Shown here piece after piece: positions 41,988 through 56,273 of a stretch of 64,000 nt of DNA. The DNA lies in IMG/VR virus record IMGVR_UViG_3300029705_000054, positions 65,687 to 129,686 of that record; one strand, given 5' to 3'. Below the pieces are notes generated by a model, which was not told the DNA's origin, ran no database searches, and was given only the letters and a program-made list of their open reading frames with translations. Origin of the DNA: a virus (taxonomy: Duplodnaviria; Heunggongvirae; Uroviricota; Caudoviricetes). The position numbers and the translations under genes are program-made. Position 1 is the stretch's first letter, and each line of letters begins with the position of its first letter.

Positions 41988-44900
41988 TTATTTAACTCGA
42001 GAATTCTTACCTGTATACTACAATGCTAAATTAACCAAGTCTTCAAAAGCTTCTTTAATTTCGTCCTTGTCAGTAGCATTCGGGAACTCCGCATTAATAT
42101 TAACAATCTATTCAATAGTCGAACTATTAAGCGCTTCCCATGCCGCTTGAGAATGCGTAAAACCAAAATTGTAATTCGCCATCTAATCAACCATCGAAAG
42201 ATTTAAAGTGCGGAGAATATCAAGTGCATCAAGGAAATTCGAAGAGTCTTGTTTATTGAGAACTATTTCTTTCTCATGAAGCATCGCAAGTCGGCCCTCG
42301 GCGCCCCAGTCTCCTGTGTAACCACCAGTATCAAACTTAGATAATCGTCTATAATTATTATAAAGTTCTGTAAAATTGAGAACCTCTTCAGCATTATCTA
42401 AATATACTCCACTTCTATCATTTGAGTTTTGGTTTTGCGTTATGTTTTTAGATAAATCTCCACTTTGATTGAGAGCTGCCCATGATGAATAATTCTTATT
42501 AAACATTTCATTATACTATTTTAATCTAGTAGCAGTCTAATAAGAGCCTATTCTTTCAATTAACTACTAGGTATTTTTATCCATTAAACCAGTGACAGGT
42601 AAACCAGCTCTTTCTTGAATCTTTGCCACCATGTCTCTAAGAGCGCCCGTATATGTTGTTAAATCCTCGTAAAACAAACCATGACCCATCTCAGTTAAAG
42701 TACGCGCCAAATCTTTTATATTCTATTCATTGTCAATAAAATCAAGATGATCGGAACCTGCATCATTAATTCCACTGGATTTTTCCCATTCTGGATCTTT
42801 CTTCATTGCCTCCCAAGTTTGAGCGTCTAATTTACCAGTAGGAGCTAATCCCATTCGGAGCTAATACTCTTTAATCGCTTCTTCGGTACCTGAGTCCAAT
42901 TCTCCAGTTATTGTTAAGCTAGTGTCTCCAGGTTTTGCACCACCAGAAGTCGATACTGTATCTGTAACTGTAAATCCTTTATTATTAAGAAAATATTGAG
43001 CATCTTCAATATCACTTTTACTAAGACTAAGATTGGTATCAGGAGATCCACCGCCCTAAAGTCCTAATCCATTATTAATAGCCCCTTGAACCGTCTGAGC
43101 GATTGTACCAGTGTATTCTGAAATTGCACCTTCTAACCCTTTTATACTAGATAGTAGACTTTCAGTTTTTTCTTCTCCGTCTCCTAATATACCCTTACGT
43201 ATTGCCTCTAATTTTTCAATAACCTATTCCTATTTTGATAAAATACCATCTGTGTCAGATAATAAATTATCCGAAATACCTTTAAAAGCCATATTTATAT
43301 TATTTAGTTGTTCATCGGCTTCTTTTTTAGATGCAAAAATTTCAGCTATAATCTCTTGCGACTTATCTGCAAAAGTACTTTCTGCAGTGGTCATACTTTC
43401 GGCCCAATCTGACTATAACCAGGTAAAAATTTCACTTAACTCATAATCTAAACCTAAATTAATCTATGCATCTTCTGCACTCCAGCCAAGCTTATCGAGT
43501 AACTCTTTTGTTCGAAGCTAACTATCTTTAAATCGCGCTAACTATTTATCTGTATACTCTTGAGCATCTTCTTCCTTATCCCATTCGCCACTAGTAATCT
43601 TTTCAGAGACAGTCTATTGCCAATCTTCCCAAAGAGAAGCTACATTGTCCAAAGTCTTTTTCAACTCTTCCTCGTCTAAGTTAACTAGTTCCTATTGCGC
43701 CTTATTTAAAGCTTCTTGCTATTCTAAAATTTTACTCTAATCAGCAACATATTGATAACTATAAGTACCATCTGCTCCGCGCATTAGGCGCATTTGAGTT
43801 TTGTTTTCTTGAGCTTCTTGAAGAGCAATTTCTGCTTGTAATAAGTCTAAACGCTTTTGCGCCCTATCTAAATCATATTGAGTTAATTTATCCTTTTTGC
43901 GCAAAGCCTTTAATTCAAGATTTCTTAAATCATTTAGTTTTTGTTGCGCATTAACAGATAATTTAGTAGACTATAATGCCTTTTCAAAAGCTATTTCAAT
44001 AGCATCAATACCATAGCCAGCATCAATCTAATCCAGATAATCATCACTCATATCTTTGAACCATTCCCACTCTTCTTTAAGAGATGCAACAGTATTACCA
44101 AATACCTCTTCTTCAAAGTTTGCAATGGTTACTTTGACATCATTTGCAAATTGTTCAGTAATAAGAGTAGCTTTATTAACCAATTCACTTAAATAATTAG
44201 AGCGAGCAGTTAAATATCTTTCAGCCTATTCTGGGCTCAATTCTTCGCTATCTTTTACTAATTCATATTCTTTAAGCTAAGTCTCATAATCTTCTCTACG
44301 CTTTTCTGTTATTTTCGTTTGATTGCTTAAAGCAGATTTATAATAACCATCTAAATATTTAAATGCTTTATCTCCATAAAGTAATTCATTTAAAGAAACC
44401 TATTGTTCCAATATCTCTGAAATATCTTCAAGGTATCCAATATAAGTTTCATATGCACTAGATACATCATCTAAGTACGAATTAATATGGTCATAAACTG
44501 CGGCGCGCGCCTCTTCAAGGGACAGACCTTTTTCCATTAACTGGTTTAAAAGTTCCTATTTTTTCTCTTCAGCACCTTTTAACGTATAAATGTCTGTACG
44601 AAGTTTTAAGGTATCTTCATCATAAAACTTTTTGGCACTGTCATCCATAGCATCATAAGTAGCCTAAGTAATTTCAGCAGGTAGCTATGAAAATTTCTCA
44701 AAAGTCTCCTCTGAAATTATTAATCCCTCATTGAGGCCCTTAATTGCTTCGTTAATATTGTTAATATCATCTGCATAAGTATTAATATCTCCTAATAAAA
44801 CTTCTCCTATTTTTACATAATCATCATCATAAATAGTTTTAATATAATCATTATAAGCTCTTTCAAAATCTGTTTTATCAAAAGCTAATTCTAGTTTTAT

Positions 44901-47900
44901 TTCTAATACTTCAAGATTTTTATCAAATGAATTATAAATACTATCAAGCCATGCATTATAGTTTTCTTCATAATTAGACTATGATTTTTCTATCGCTTCA
45001 AATAAATTATTCCAACTCTCTTTTAAAATAGGATTATTTATAATTTCTGATACATTTTCAGCATAATATGTTTCTAACGCTACTAAACTACTCGCATCAA
45101 AAGTTCCATCTGCAGCAAACATTTTTCTAAACAAAGCTGCGTCAACTTTAATGCCAGTTGCTTGCATATTTGTAGCAACATTTTGTAAATTAGCTTCAAT
45201 AATTGTCTTATCAAGCTGAACATCACGTCCTAATGACTACCGAGTTAAATTAATATTTTTTGACAATAAAGATGACTATTTTATTAAATTATCAAGCTAT
45301 TCACTTTTACCTAAAGACTCATAAGCTTTCTATAAATATTCAAGTTCATTAGTATTATCAGTAATTAAATGCGATAAATCTTTATGTCCTAAAATTAGCT
45401 GTTTTAAAGCTTCTTCCTGAGATGAAAAATTCTTTTTAAAAATATTAAAACTATCTAAATTTAATTCATTTTCTTGTCCCTATAACGAATTAATGACAGT
45501 ACGAAGTTCAATAGCTTCAATAGCCTATTTTTTCTAGTCTTCTGTAACAGTATAAATATCTCCCTTTACAAAATCTTTAATTGCTGTTCCATTAATTAAT
45601 GCATTTTCAAGCTCTGTGACAGAATCATAAGTAGTAAGCAGCTGATGCATTACACCATCATACTTTCTTTGTTCTTCATTTATAGTCGTGTTACTTACTT
45701 CACTTTCAATTTTACCTTGCAGCTCATTATATTCTTTTTCATAAGTGTCATAATCTTTATTTTCAATTAAATCTCCGGCTGCTACTTTTTTCTTTATTAA
45801 TATATCTATATAATCTGAAAATAAAGTATTAAACCCTTGTAAGGCATTTTGTTCCTTTACTCGGCTCTACCCCCAATGGCCAAAACCTCCAGAAAGTAAA
45901 AATTTATCCTTATTATAATATAAATCTGATGCTGAAGCATTATTTATTTTTTCCCAAGCTGCATTTATAATTTGTGTCTAATTTTTAGACCATGTTAGAT
46001 CTCCAGTTTTATTTCCTGTAAATGCAGCAACAATTGTATCAAAAGAAGCCTCTCCACTTGTCAAATTAGGTATATTTGAAACTGTTATTGTGTTTGGAAT
46101 ATTTAAATTTGATACATCAATAAACTTTGATACTCTATCAAGGTTATTTAGGTCATCTCTTGCTTTATTTGCTTCAATATTTTTCTATGTATAATTTTGT
46201 AAATTACCTTGACTAATATTTAAACTATTAAAAAACTTTTCTCTCTCGTCTTTTTTACCTTGCTAGTATAATTCATTAGCATTACCAATTAATAATGCTG
46301 TACCGTCAGCTAAAACGGTAAAATACTCTTTTTGTTTATCTGATAACTTATCATATTCATCCTATGCAATCTTACTCTCTTTTGCAACTTTTTGCATAAT
46401 AGATTGAAAATTAGCATAACTATCTTGAAGCTCTTCAAGAGTAATGGCCTGGCCCCACAAAGCACGCCATTGTGCCGTAAAATCATCAAAAACATCATTA
46501 GGAACTGTAACATTTAAATCTGTAAAAATTCTCTTAATTTCATTTTCAACATTATCAATAGAAGACCAATCTATTTCCTATATTGCTACGATAACATCAT
46601 CTGATGCTTCACCCATAGAAGTAAATACGGCAGCAAATTTATTAGCTGATTCTGCGCCATAGCGCTCCCATAATTCAGTAAAATATCCACTAAATGCAGC
46701 CCACTGCTCAGGACTTAATAAATCAGTTGTAATTGAGTTTTCTAATGTAGTAAAAGCAGCTTGCATATGAATAGGCATATCTAAAGTTACTTTATCCCAT
46801 GAGGCGTTAGCTGCCGTCACAGCAGCCTCATGAACACTCAATAAATCATCTGCAGATTTACCAGTTGCTTCACTTAATTTAGTTAATTCTTCGGCGGTTA
46901 ATGTAACTGATGTTAATTCTTTTAAGGCAGCCTTATTTAACTTTTCATAATTTGCATTACCAGATCTTAATAATGATACAGCAGATTTTGCAGTTTCATC
47001 TTGAAATTTATTTACAATTGGCGCCAATGCCATTGTCGTAATGCCTTTAGTCGATTTGGCTAAATCTGAAGCCATATCTGAAGCTAAAGCCGCATATATC
47101 TAAGTCATCGATATATCTTGTTCATTGCCTTCCGCATCGATATACTAAAATCTATTAGAACCTTTAGTGCCTACAAAATTACTCTCATCTAACCCTAATG
47201 TTTTTAAATAATCTATTCCTGCTTTTTTGTCTGCTTGATCAAAACCAGCATATTGAGATTTAACCTATTCTAATGAGGCCTAGTATTCTGTATCAGCCTT
47301 TTCTCCTGCTGCATAATACTCACCTAAAGAATAGCCTTCTCCTAATATAGATTTACCAAGCTCAATATATTTATCCTATTTTCCTGCTTCATTTGCACGA
47401 TAAGCTTCAGCTAAAGCCTTAGTCTCTGCAGTATTATCAACCAATGCTCTTTCAGTATCCGTTAACTCATTCGTTGTTTTACCTAAAACCTTTGCTAATG
47501 TTTCATAAGAATTAAAAACAGCTGTGTTACCAGCGGTATAGGCATCCATAGCTTTGCGATAAGATTCATCAGATTCTAAGTTTTGAGCTTTAGTATCTTC
47601 ATTTGCATCCGTAATCGCTGTAACAATTAAGCCGCCAACTCCACCAATAGCTGCGCCGATAACCATACCTAACGGTCCAAAAATTGCGCCAATACCAGCT
47701 CCTGCTGTGGCGCCAATGGCACCTGCTCCCGCTGCTAAATCTGCACCTGCTTGACCTCCAAAACTAGAACCTTCTACATATTCTTTACGAGCATACTCAT
47801 ATTCCTTGCGATCGGCAGCCATATCTGTAAGTAAGGTACGAGATGTAGCACGTTGTAGTTCTTCATACTATTTCTGCTATATTAGCTCTAAGCCTTCTGG

Positions 47901-50900
47901 ATCAATAGATAATTCTCCAGTAATAGGATCGCGCTCCATATATGATGCTAATTCAGGATATTTAGTTAATAAATCTAAGACTTGATTATTAATATCTGTT
48001 AAAGCCTTATTCCATTCAACCGTTCCTTCAGTTAAATCTTCTAAAGCAGTTTTAGCATTTTCTAGATTTGAAATAGAAGACTATAAATTATCCCATTCTT
48101 GTTGTGTGGCTTGTAATTGTGCCTATTGAGCTTTTGCAGCTTCTGTTGCTTGCTCAAAAGCTTTTTGCTCTTTATTCTAAACAGCAATGCCGATTGCTGC
48201 AGTTCCTGTAATAATCGCGGCCACTGCTGCAAATGCTGCAATATAAGGCGCCACCGCTCCAATAGCTTGTCCAATACCAGCAGCGCCACCTTTTGCTGCG
48301 CCTGCCTTGGCTCCTGCGCCACCTGCTTTCCATCCTTTAACGCCTTTTAAATCAGTGCCTTTCCAGCCTTCTTTGAATCCACTACCAAAATCTTTAAATT
48401 TATTTTTCCCACTATCAAAAATATCTTTCGTTGTATCTTTAAAAGAAGGATTATCAGTATTATTAGCAATTTTTTTAGCAGCAGCATTTTTTAAAATTGC
48501 TATAGTTTCATTATCTAATGCTTCACCGTTTAAAATATGATTATTAATTTCTTCGCGTAGTTCATCATTTATTTCATCCCCGGCTAAATCTACTAAACAT
48601 TTGGCTGCCCACAGTTTAGTTTCTGCATTAGCTTCTTTATCTTTTAATGTTGTTAAAATTTGTGTTAAAGCAATTTCTTGAGCAGTCTAAATATTTTTTT
48701 CTGCAAGTTTAGCATTATGGGTACTATATAATTTAATTAGACCTGTAATCAATGGACTTAATAATGATATTGTAGTAACAGTATTCTATAATGTCTATAA
48801 CAGTTTTTCTCCAACAGTTAAATCTTCATTTTTCCAAATAGAACCTAAATTAGACAATATTGTCAACGCAGAAATTGCCATACTAATATTAGATGTTAAT
48901 TGAATAAATGAATTAATTTGCTTTTCAAGGTTAGCTTTACGCAATGCCATTTCAGCAGCCACACCAAACTAATCCATAGTAGATTTTGCCTCAACCCCCG
49001 CTGCGCCAAGCTCACGTAAAGATTGCTACATCTTTTTAGCTTCTGTATTGCCCTTGCCCATTGCGCGTTTAGTTAAACGCTCAATTTCAGACACGGCTGT
49101 CTATATTTGATCAAACTATTCTTGAGTAATTTTTGTATCTTTATTAAATCCTTTTAATACTGACGCATATTTATTAAAATGAGTTAAGTCCTATCCAGAA
49201 AGTAATCCAGACTATGAAATTTTATTAACATCATTTAACGTATGCTGAAGTTCGTCATTAAACTTTTTAACCGCAGGGCTTCCTTCTTGCTTAAATTTAT
49301 CCCATGATGTATTGTTAATAATTTTTGTTAAATTCTATGCACGTTTTATAGTTTCGTTATATGCAGCCTAAACATTCTCTAACTCAAAATATAATCTCTT
49401 ATAAGAATTTTCAGCAGAAGCATCCATATATTCAACACTTGAATTTTCCATTCTTATAAAATCTTCATTTGAAAATGGATTTTCACGAGCATATTCAGAT
49501 AAACGATTTATATAAAGCTATGCAGACTCTTCTGTGACAGAGGATTTACTTCCAGCAGGAGGCATATTAAAGCCACGCTATAAAATTTTTGTATACTAAT
49601 CTCCTATTGTAGTAGGATCATAAGCTTCTATAGATTTCTCGTATTCATTAGCTGCATTTGCAAAAGCATTAATAGTATCTGTTAAATTATTAAAAGTTTC
49701 ATTTGTAATAATACCCTATTGCTTTAATAATACTAAATTTTCTCTTAAAGCGCTAATTTTTTCATCATAATCAGAAGTCAAAGTATCCCCATTTAAACGA
49801 ATTTCTTTAATATTCTCTAATAATCCACGCAGCGATTGAGCAGACTGCTATGCATTTTGAATGTTAGTAACAAATGTAGCCATGCCAGATGCTAAACTAC
49901 CAGAAAATAATTTAGTCATTACTGGTAAAATAGCCATTAATAAAGTACCGCCGCCCCCTATTGATTCAATAGCATTACCAAAAAATGTAACAAAATCAGT
50001 TAAAATATCAATAAGATTATTAGTACTTTTTGAATCAAACAAAGCATCATATACACGCTCACCTGCCGCGCTTAATTGTTCTAAATGAGCTTCAACAGAA
50101 TCTAAATATTTTTCTTGTTGTTCTTGTAAAAATCCGGTTGCAGTAGCAGAATCTCGTACAGACTTCTCATACATACTCCAGTTTTCAAATAACGCTAAAA
50201 GATTATTATACTGACGAGTACCAGCCATTGTCTATGCCAATGAAATCTATTGTTCACGCGACAATGTATTCCATTTACTACCAATTTCCTCAACAACGCT
50301 ACCCATATCGCGTAGTTTATTATTCGCATCTAAAACATCAAAGCCCAATTGCGACATTTGTTTTGTGTATTCTCCAAGAGTAGCTTCTGCATCTAAGCCC
50401 GCTTCAATATCACTAATACGAGCAAAAATGGTTTTAAATGCTGTACCAACAGACTCAGGCGCCTGGCGCGTAACGGAAATAACAGTTGCTAACATTGCAT
50501 TTAACTAATCAATATTAACTCCCATATTGCTAGCCGCAGAAGCAACTTTAGACATACCAGTAGAGAGCTCTTCTAAGTCGGCTGCGGTTGTTGCTGCTAC
50601 AACTGCAATTTTATCGATATAAGCTTCAGCTTCTTGCGCCTATACCTTATAACCATTCCAAACCGCGGTTAATTGTTCAGAAACCATTTCTGTGCTTTGT
50701 TTCGTAACATTTGCAACTTTCAGCGTTGTTTCTGTTCTAGCTCTTACCTCTTCTTCAGATAAACCTTGTTGGTAATATATTAAAGCAGCATTGGCATAAT
50801 CTTTAGTACTTTTACCTAATTCCCTAGCCGCTTTATTTGCTTGACGCGCAAATTTCTCCATTGACTCTGCGCTTTTATCAGTAACAAGCATAATATTGTT

Positions 50901-51416
50901 TAATGATTTATCTAGCTATTTAGTATAATTCCATGCCTATTGAACAGAAGAAGTGATCGTCTATAAAGCTGAAGATGCAATAGACCATTTAATAGTATTC
51001 ATCAATGTAGTGCCCATAGAGCGCAATAAATTATGTGTCTCTTGAAGCGGTAATTTAGTTGATGAAATTGCTGTTGCTAAATTTCTAAATGCAGTTGTAC
51101 CTTCGGCACCCGCAGATGCAAATTTATTTTTTATATCCTAAATAGAAGCACCATTTTCTATTAATTTTTGTTTAAAAATATCAATGTTATGCGTGCCTAA
51201 CGTAGGATTAAAACTAGCTTCAAGTGCATTCTATACTTTCTTAGCCTCTTGTTGAATAATAGATAATTCTTTTTTAGCCTCAGCCAAATTTTTAATATTA
51301 GTTAAGTCCGCTGGTTTCATATTCTATAAATTAGATAAACTTGTTTTTAACTAATTTAAACCAGACTAATCTACATTAAAACCAACCTAGAAATTAATTC
51401 TTTCCTAATTAGCCAT
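41988..51416 (-). CDS. tape measure protein (~3142 aa, dozens of TAG) with a PG-binding_1-like domain near the C-terminus
   Basis: Seven track ORFs are all in frame with ATG 51416 and TAA 41988; TP901-type motifs KTIFARI and AGTRQYNNLLAL; C-terminal FDTGGYTG...LHEKEIVLN. Confidence 0.85.
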
Positions 51417-51471
51417 TATATATCCTCCTTGTTTCTCGTTTTAGGTAAAATAAAATACCCTATACTACTAA

Positions 51472-51511
51472 TATATAATAGTTAGGGTATTAAATTTATC
51501 TTATTTTGACC
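51472..51511 (-). promoter_or_regulatory. bipartite phage promoter-like motif
   Basis: GGTCAA-N28-TATATA upstream of the tape measure gene. Confidence 0.55.
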
Positions 51512-52039
51512 TTAATTAATTGGACGATTGCCATTTGCAGCTTGTGCAAACTTTAATACCTCTTGAAAATCCTCAGGATTAAACTTCTCAATAATGTCCT
51601 TTGCCGCATTTGCATTAATAGGTAGATTCTCTACAAAATTATTAATTACAGATGCAATAGTATTGCGATATTGAAGTTTAAGATCCATCATATGTTTAAG
51701 GTTATCGCAAAGATATTCATATTCATGAATAGGAATCGCCGATATAATTGCTTGTATTAATCCCTCGCTATACAACTCATCATATAGCTTAACAGGATTA
51801 TCTTTTTCATCTTCTGTAAATTCAATATCTGTATAAGAATATACAATATAAAGTTTAAAATACATATCTAACATTAATACATTATAAATACCATTTTCTT
51901 CACTATTTTGAAGTGCGAGTTGAATAATACTATTTTTTTCTTCAATAGGAAGATACTATAATATATTAATAGTATTATTATTATATTCAATAGTTTTTAC
52001 ATCTTTATTAAGATGAATATTAAAATTAGAATAATTCAT
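51512..52039 (-). CDS. putative tail assembly chaperone (1 TAG)
   Basis: ATG 52039; INIL*YLPIEEK; immediately upstream of the tape measure gene. Confidence 0.55.
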
Positions 52040-52082
52040 ATTCTTTAATCTCCTTTTACTCTTACTTAGTTCTTACATATAT

Positions 52083-52111
52083 ATTATAAGAAAAAATTTT
52101 TAAAAAGTCAA
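52083..52111 (-). promoter_or_regulatory. sigma-A-type promoter
   Basis: TTGACT-N17-TATAAT on the minus strand. Confidence 0.75.
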
Positions 52112-52120
52112 GTTTAAATA

Positions 52121-53881
52121 TTATTTATAAGAAATACCTGCAATAGTATTAAGATATATTTTAGATAAAGAAACCGCTATATTCTATGATTTTGCATGAA
52201 TAACTAATTTAGAAATACGCTCTTTTGCCAATGCAAAATCAGGTTTATCACCTACCCTTTTATTATCTAATAGAATTTGAGAAATACGAGGTGTAAATAT
52301 TGCCACCTAATTAAAAGAATCCTGAGTCATAGTCATAATATCTTTTAAAATATCTCTCATGCTATATAAACGAATTCTTCTAAAACCAGTTATAGCAGCA
52401 AATTTATCTGCTTTATCATAAATAGCTAAAATATCAGCAAACTAATTACTAAAACCTCTACCCTGACCGCGCCCAGTCATTGCGCTCCATAAAATATATA
52501 AAGATAAAGCTTGATTAGCCTACGTACGCATTCGCTATATTTCAGCCGCATATTTTCCATTCTCATATCCTCTCTATTGGCTTAAAATCTATAAATAATG
52601 ATTGCCTAAGTTTCCAGGTTTGTGTTTCAATTCTAATGCTCCTAGATATAAAGCTAAACTAGAATCCTGTAAAGCAATGCTATTAGGAATTTTTGTTCCA
52701 ACTTTTGTTTCAATAGCTGAAATATCAGACATATCATAATTTTTCATAGACACTCCAAATTGTGTATTATCTTTTAAAGTAACAATGAAATCCGCTTTTT
52801 GCTAAACTGTATCAGAAAAAGATTCAATTGAGTAACTAATTTCTCCCGTTTTTTTAGACTCATATTTTTGAATAGCTTTTCTATGAGAGTTTTTATCATC
52901 AAATAAAGTTCCTAAATCAATATTATCTAAATTTAATTCAATAGATCCAATACCTGCGCCCGTCATATTTCCATTTACTTTTTTTGTCCAAGCTTTCGTC
53001 ATTGCGCGCCCCATAGTAGTTTTATTAGAATTAACGAATGACTTAAAATATTCTTCCAGCGCAGTTCTAGAAAGATTATTAAGATTTTCACTAATAACAG
53101 TACCCATAATTTCTGCTAATTCTGCTCCAATATTATTCTAAATTCTAATTGCGCTCAATGACTATGCAGTTAGCTTCTAAATATCAGCTAAAAATCCATT
53201 TAAAAAACCTTTTTTCCCCTATTTTGTTTCTTCTGCTATTGATAAAAAACCGCCTTGTACCTTACCACGAGTAATTACCCTAATTGAATCTGCTAATAAA
53301 CTATCTTCACCTTTCGCTTGTTGCAAAGATAAAATGTAACTTTGACAAGTAGCTAATAATCCAATTTTTAAAGAACTTTCATTTAATTTTGATAATTTAC
53401 TTTTTATTGACTATAGATGCGTTACCAATGGGTCGATATGTATACCAGATTGTCGTTGAAAATTTTGCATTGTTTTTTGCGCATTTACTTCATCCGCTTT
53501 TAATGCTTCAGTAGTAATTTCAGGATCATAAATAATGCATTCTCTATGAGGATCCCATTTTAATCCTTTTATAATATAATCTGAAATAGATTTATAATTT
53601 TTACTAATAATACTTAAAAGCTAAGTTAAAAAATCTTTATTATCATTTTTATGTGCAATAACATTAGATATAAATGAATTTAACTTTTTTGCTCCACTAT
53701 TGTATTGCTATTCTAATTTTGCAATATTATTTATTTCTTTAGTTTTTAAAATTTCGCGCGCAACCTCTGTTCTATGATGAGCAAAAATCATAGGATCAAA
53801 ATTACTAGGGCCTTGTTTAGTAGTACCATATAATCGATAATTTTTCCAGCTAACATGAATATAATCTCCAAGCTTACTCAT
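52121..53881 (-). CDS. hypothetical tail-region protein (586 aa, many TAG)
   Basis: RBS AAGGAGG, ATG 53881 and TAA 52121 in frame; ORF 52802-53107 in the same frame. Confidence 0.6.
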
Positions 53882-53905
53882 ACATACCTCCTTTTACTCA
53901 TAATA

Positions 53906-53934
53906 AAAAGGCGGTGGACCACCCACCGCCTTTT
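53906..53934 (-). terminator. terminator after the major tail protein gene
   Basis: AAAAGGCGGTGG-N5-CCACCGCCTTTT. Confidence 0.75.
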
Positions 53935-53958
53935 AAATACTATTTAATTACTTACTGC

Positions 53959-54882
53959 TTAAGCAATAGGATAAAGTTTTTCTGCATCTGCTATCAAATC
54001 AGCAGAATCTTTATCAGGATCCTTGTCATCGCTAGTATCTTCGTCAACAACTTGCATTGCGCAAAGAACTTTCTTAGAACGATCAAAACGAGTGTATCCA
54101 GGCATTGCATCCATTGTGAATGTAAATGTAGAAGGATCACCAGTAGAAGCCATTGAGAATGTGAAGTTAGATTGAATTTTAACGTTCGGGAAAATAAGCT
54201 CAGCAGGTAAGTCTCTACCGTCAGATTGACGTCTAAAGAGAGTAGATGCTTCAACATAATAATAACCTGCAAAGTTCTCCATATCAATAGTCATTTCTGT
54301 AACACCAGCTGTCTTTTGAATATAGAAGTCAACAAAGACATCTGCTTCAACCGCCGTCTCACCGTCCATTTGGATGGGTCCAGTAATTGATTTACCATCT
54401 TCTGCAATAGTGCAACCAGTAAGAATATTCTTAAGCGAACCATGCTCCATTAGCATAACAAAAACAGGAGAAGCTTCATCGATAGTTTCATTCTCACCGA
54501 GAACATCACTAAGATCGATTTTTCCATCTGTACCAATAACAGTTCTAGAAGTAGAATGAACATGAGCAACATGAGTATTCTCTCCAACTTTTTCACCAGC
54601 CTTTAAAAGACCAGCGCCAGAAAGAATAGCAAATCCAAGCTCAGAAAGAAGTGCGTCTTCAACCGTGAAAGTAAGAGTTCTCTCACCTTCCCAAGCGATC
54701 AAACGCGCATTACCCTTACCACCCTGAGCATAAACAGTGGTAGCTGCGCCTTCCATTGTGGAAGTTTTTGCGCTGTCAATATAAAGAACAGGCTGTCCTG
54801 CAACATACTTAAAGGAACCAAGGTTTCCAGCATTTTTAGCCTTAAATACGACGTCGCATATTTCTCTAATACCAAATTGCAT
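53959..54882 (-). CDS. major tail (tube) protein
   Basis: MQFGIREICDV...EGAATTVYAQGGKGNARLIAWEGE...QSNFTFSMASTGDPSTF; strong RBS; followed by a terminator; no TAG. Confidence 0.75.
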   Translation of the reverse strand: MQFGIREICDVVFKAKNAGNLGSFKYVAGQPVLYIDSAKTSTMEGAATTVYAQGGKGNARLIAWEGERTLTFTVEDALLSELGFAILSGAGLLKAGEKVGENTHVAHVHSTSRTVIGTDGKIDLSDVLGENETIDEASPVFVMLMEHGSLKNILTGCTIAEDGKSITGPIQMDGETAVEADVFVDFYIQKTAGVTEMTIDMENFAGYYYVEASTLFRRQSDGRDLPAELIFPNVKIQSNFTFSMASTGDPSTFTFTMDAMPGYTRFDRSKKVLCAMQVVDEDTSDDKDPDKDSADLIADAEKLYPIA

Positions 54883-54917
54883 AGAGTTGTCCTCCTTAAA
54901 ATATTTTAAGTTTTTTA

Positions 54918-55679
54918 TTAAGCGCCTTCATTATGGAGATCTTTCATCCAATCTTCAGGCTCTTTTATGTCTTTAGCGCCAGCCGTACGAGCTTTGAAAT
55001 AAATATCATATCCCGTTTTAAGTTCATAGCGCTAAAACTCATCAAATAATTGATAAACAGTGTATTTCATAAAAGAATTCATATCTTTATGCTCTCCAAC
55101 TGTTAATATTGAAATATATCTACTAAAAATTGCAATCTTGTTTGGTTTCGCAGATAGTTCGGCAAGCTATTTTTGTCTGCGTTTAAATTTGTCTGCAATT
55201 TTCTTCGCTAACTCACCCTACACATTATAATCTTGTGTAGACGATGCCCTTTTCAAACAAAACATTTGAGTCAGAACATCTTTAAATACAAGGAAATTAG
55301 TATCATTAATTTCACCGCATTGTGTAAATTTATCATTAGCGTCAACAAGCAGTATCGCATTGGGCGCCAATTCAACAGTATAAAAGGGAAAGATTAAATC
55401 TAACACCTATTTAGCACAAGATATATTAAATATCATTGACCCACTTTTATCATTCATTATTGACATTAATATATTAAAATCAGTATAATTAGATAATTTA
55501 ATTTTGTCCTCAGAATTTAACATATCTTTTGAAAACCTCAACAACTCACAACCAGTAAATAATGTTTCCTCTCCAATTAAAGAGATTTCATATATCGTAG
55601 GCTAATGAATTGTTACCGTGCCTTCGACAAAAGGAATATCTGCTCCAGAGAGTAAGAGCAACTCATTATTCAGTGCCAT
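54918..55679 (-). CDS. tail-region structural/assembly protein (5 TAG)
   Basis: MALNNELLLLSG...TIH*PTIYEI...YTVYQLFDEF*RY; ends TAA. Confidence 0.6.
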
Positions 55680-56256
55680 GATATTCATCATCTGGAAGGA
55701 TATCATCGGTTCCATGCACAGCACGATAGATTAAAGAAAACATCCCTACGTTTCCATCTATAATTGGCCCATTGCCGCCCAAGAAATTTAGTTCTCCTAT
55801 TCCAGATAATTTTGCCTTATTTAAAATACCATCAACATAACCCGCAATTTTAAAAGGTCGCTGTTGATAATCAGTTAAATCCCAACAATCAAGAGGACAT
55901 AATACATCAATATTTACTGAGCAATCTCTAAACTCTGGATTAGTTCCATTTGGCAAGAAATTGTCAAAACTAATCACCAATGCCGCCTTTAACTATTCAT
56001 GCTCATTTTGCTTTATTACTGGAGACGTAATAATATATCCTTGATCAATAAGCTATTTAATACTCATATTTTCAGCATCTTGATATTTTGCACTCGTATC
56101 AATTAAGCAATCGTTATTTGTAACAACAAGTAATCGTTTTAAAATCTTACTGTGCTGGCGGCTATCAATAAATAATTTTTTTAATATAGTTTCCGTATCA
56201 CGTTCACATGAAAGAAAGGATGATTCTAAAGGTTTAGCAATTGTATCTCTCTTCAT
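55666..56256 (-). CDS. putative tail completion/terminator protein (2 TAG)
   Basis: ORFs 56053-56256 and 55666-55980 joined through TAG; RPFKIAGYVDGILN. Confidence 0.6.
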
Positions 56257-56273
56257 AGTGTACTCCTTTTATC

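Noticed and set aside
53959-54882. Contractile tail (sheath) gene
   Set aside because: Size and motifs fit a tube protein; no sheath-sized gene or contractile baseplate set was recognised.
51512-55679. Programmed frameshift in tail assembly chaperones
   Set aside because: No convincing slippery site with an overlapping downstream frame identified; each ORF has its own RBS.
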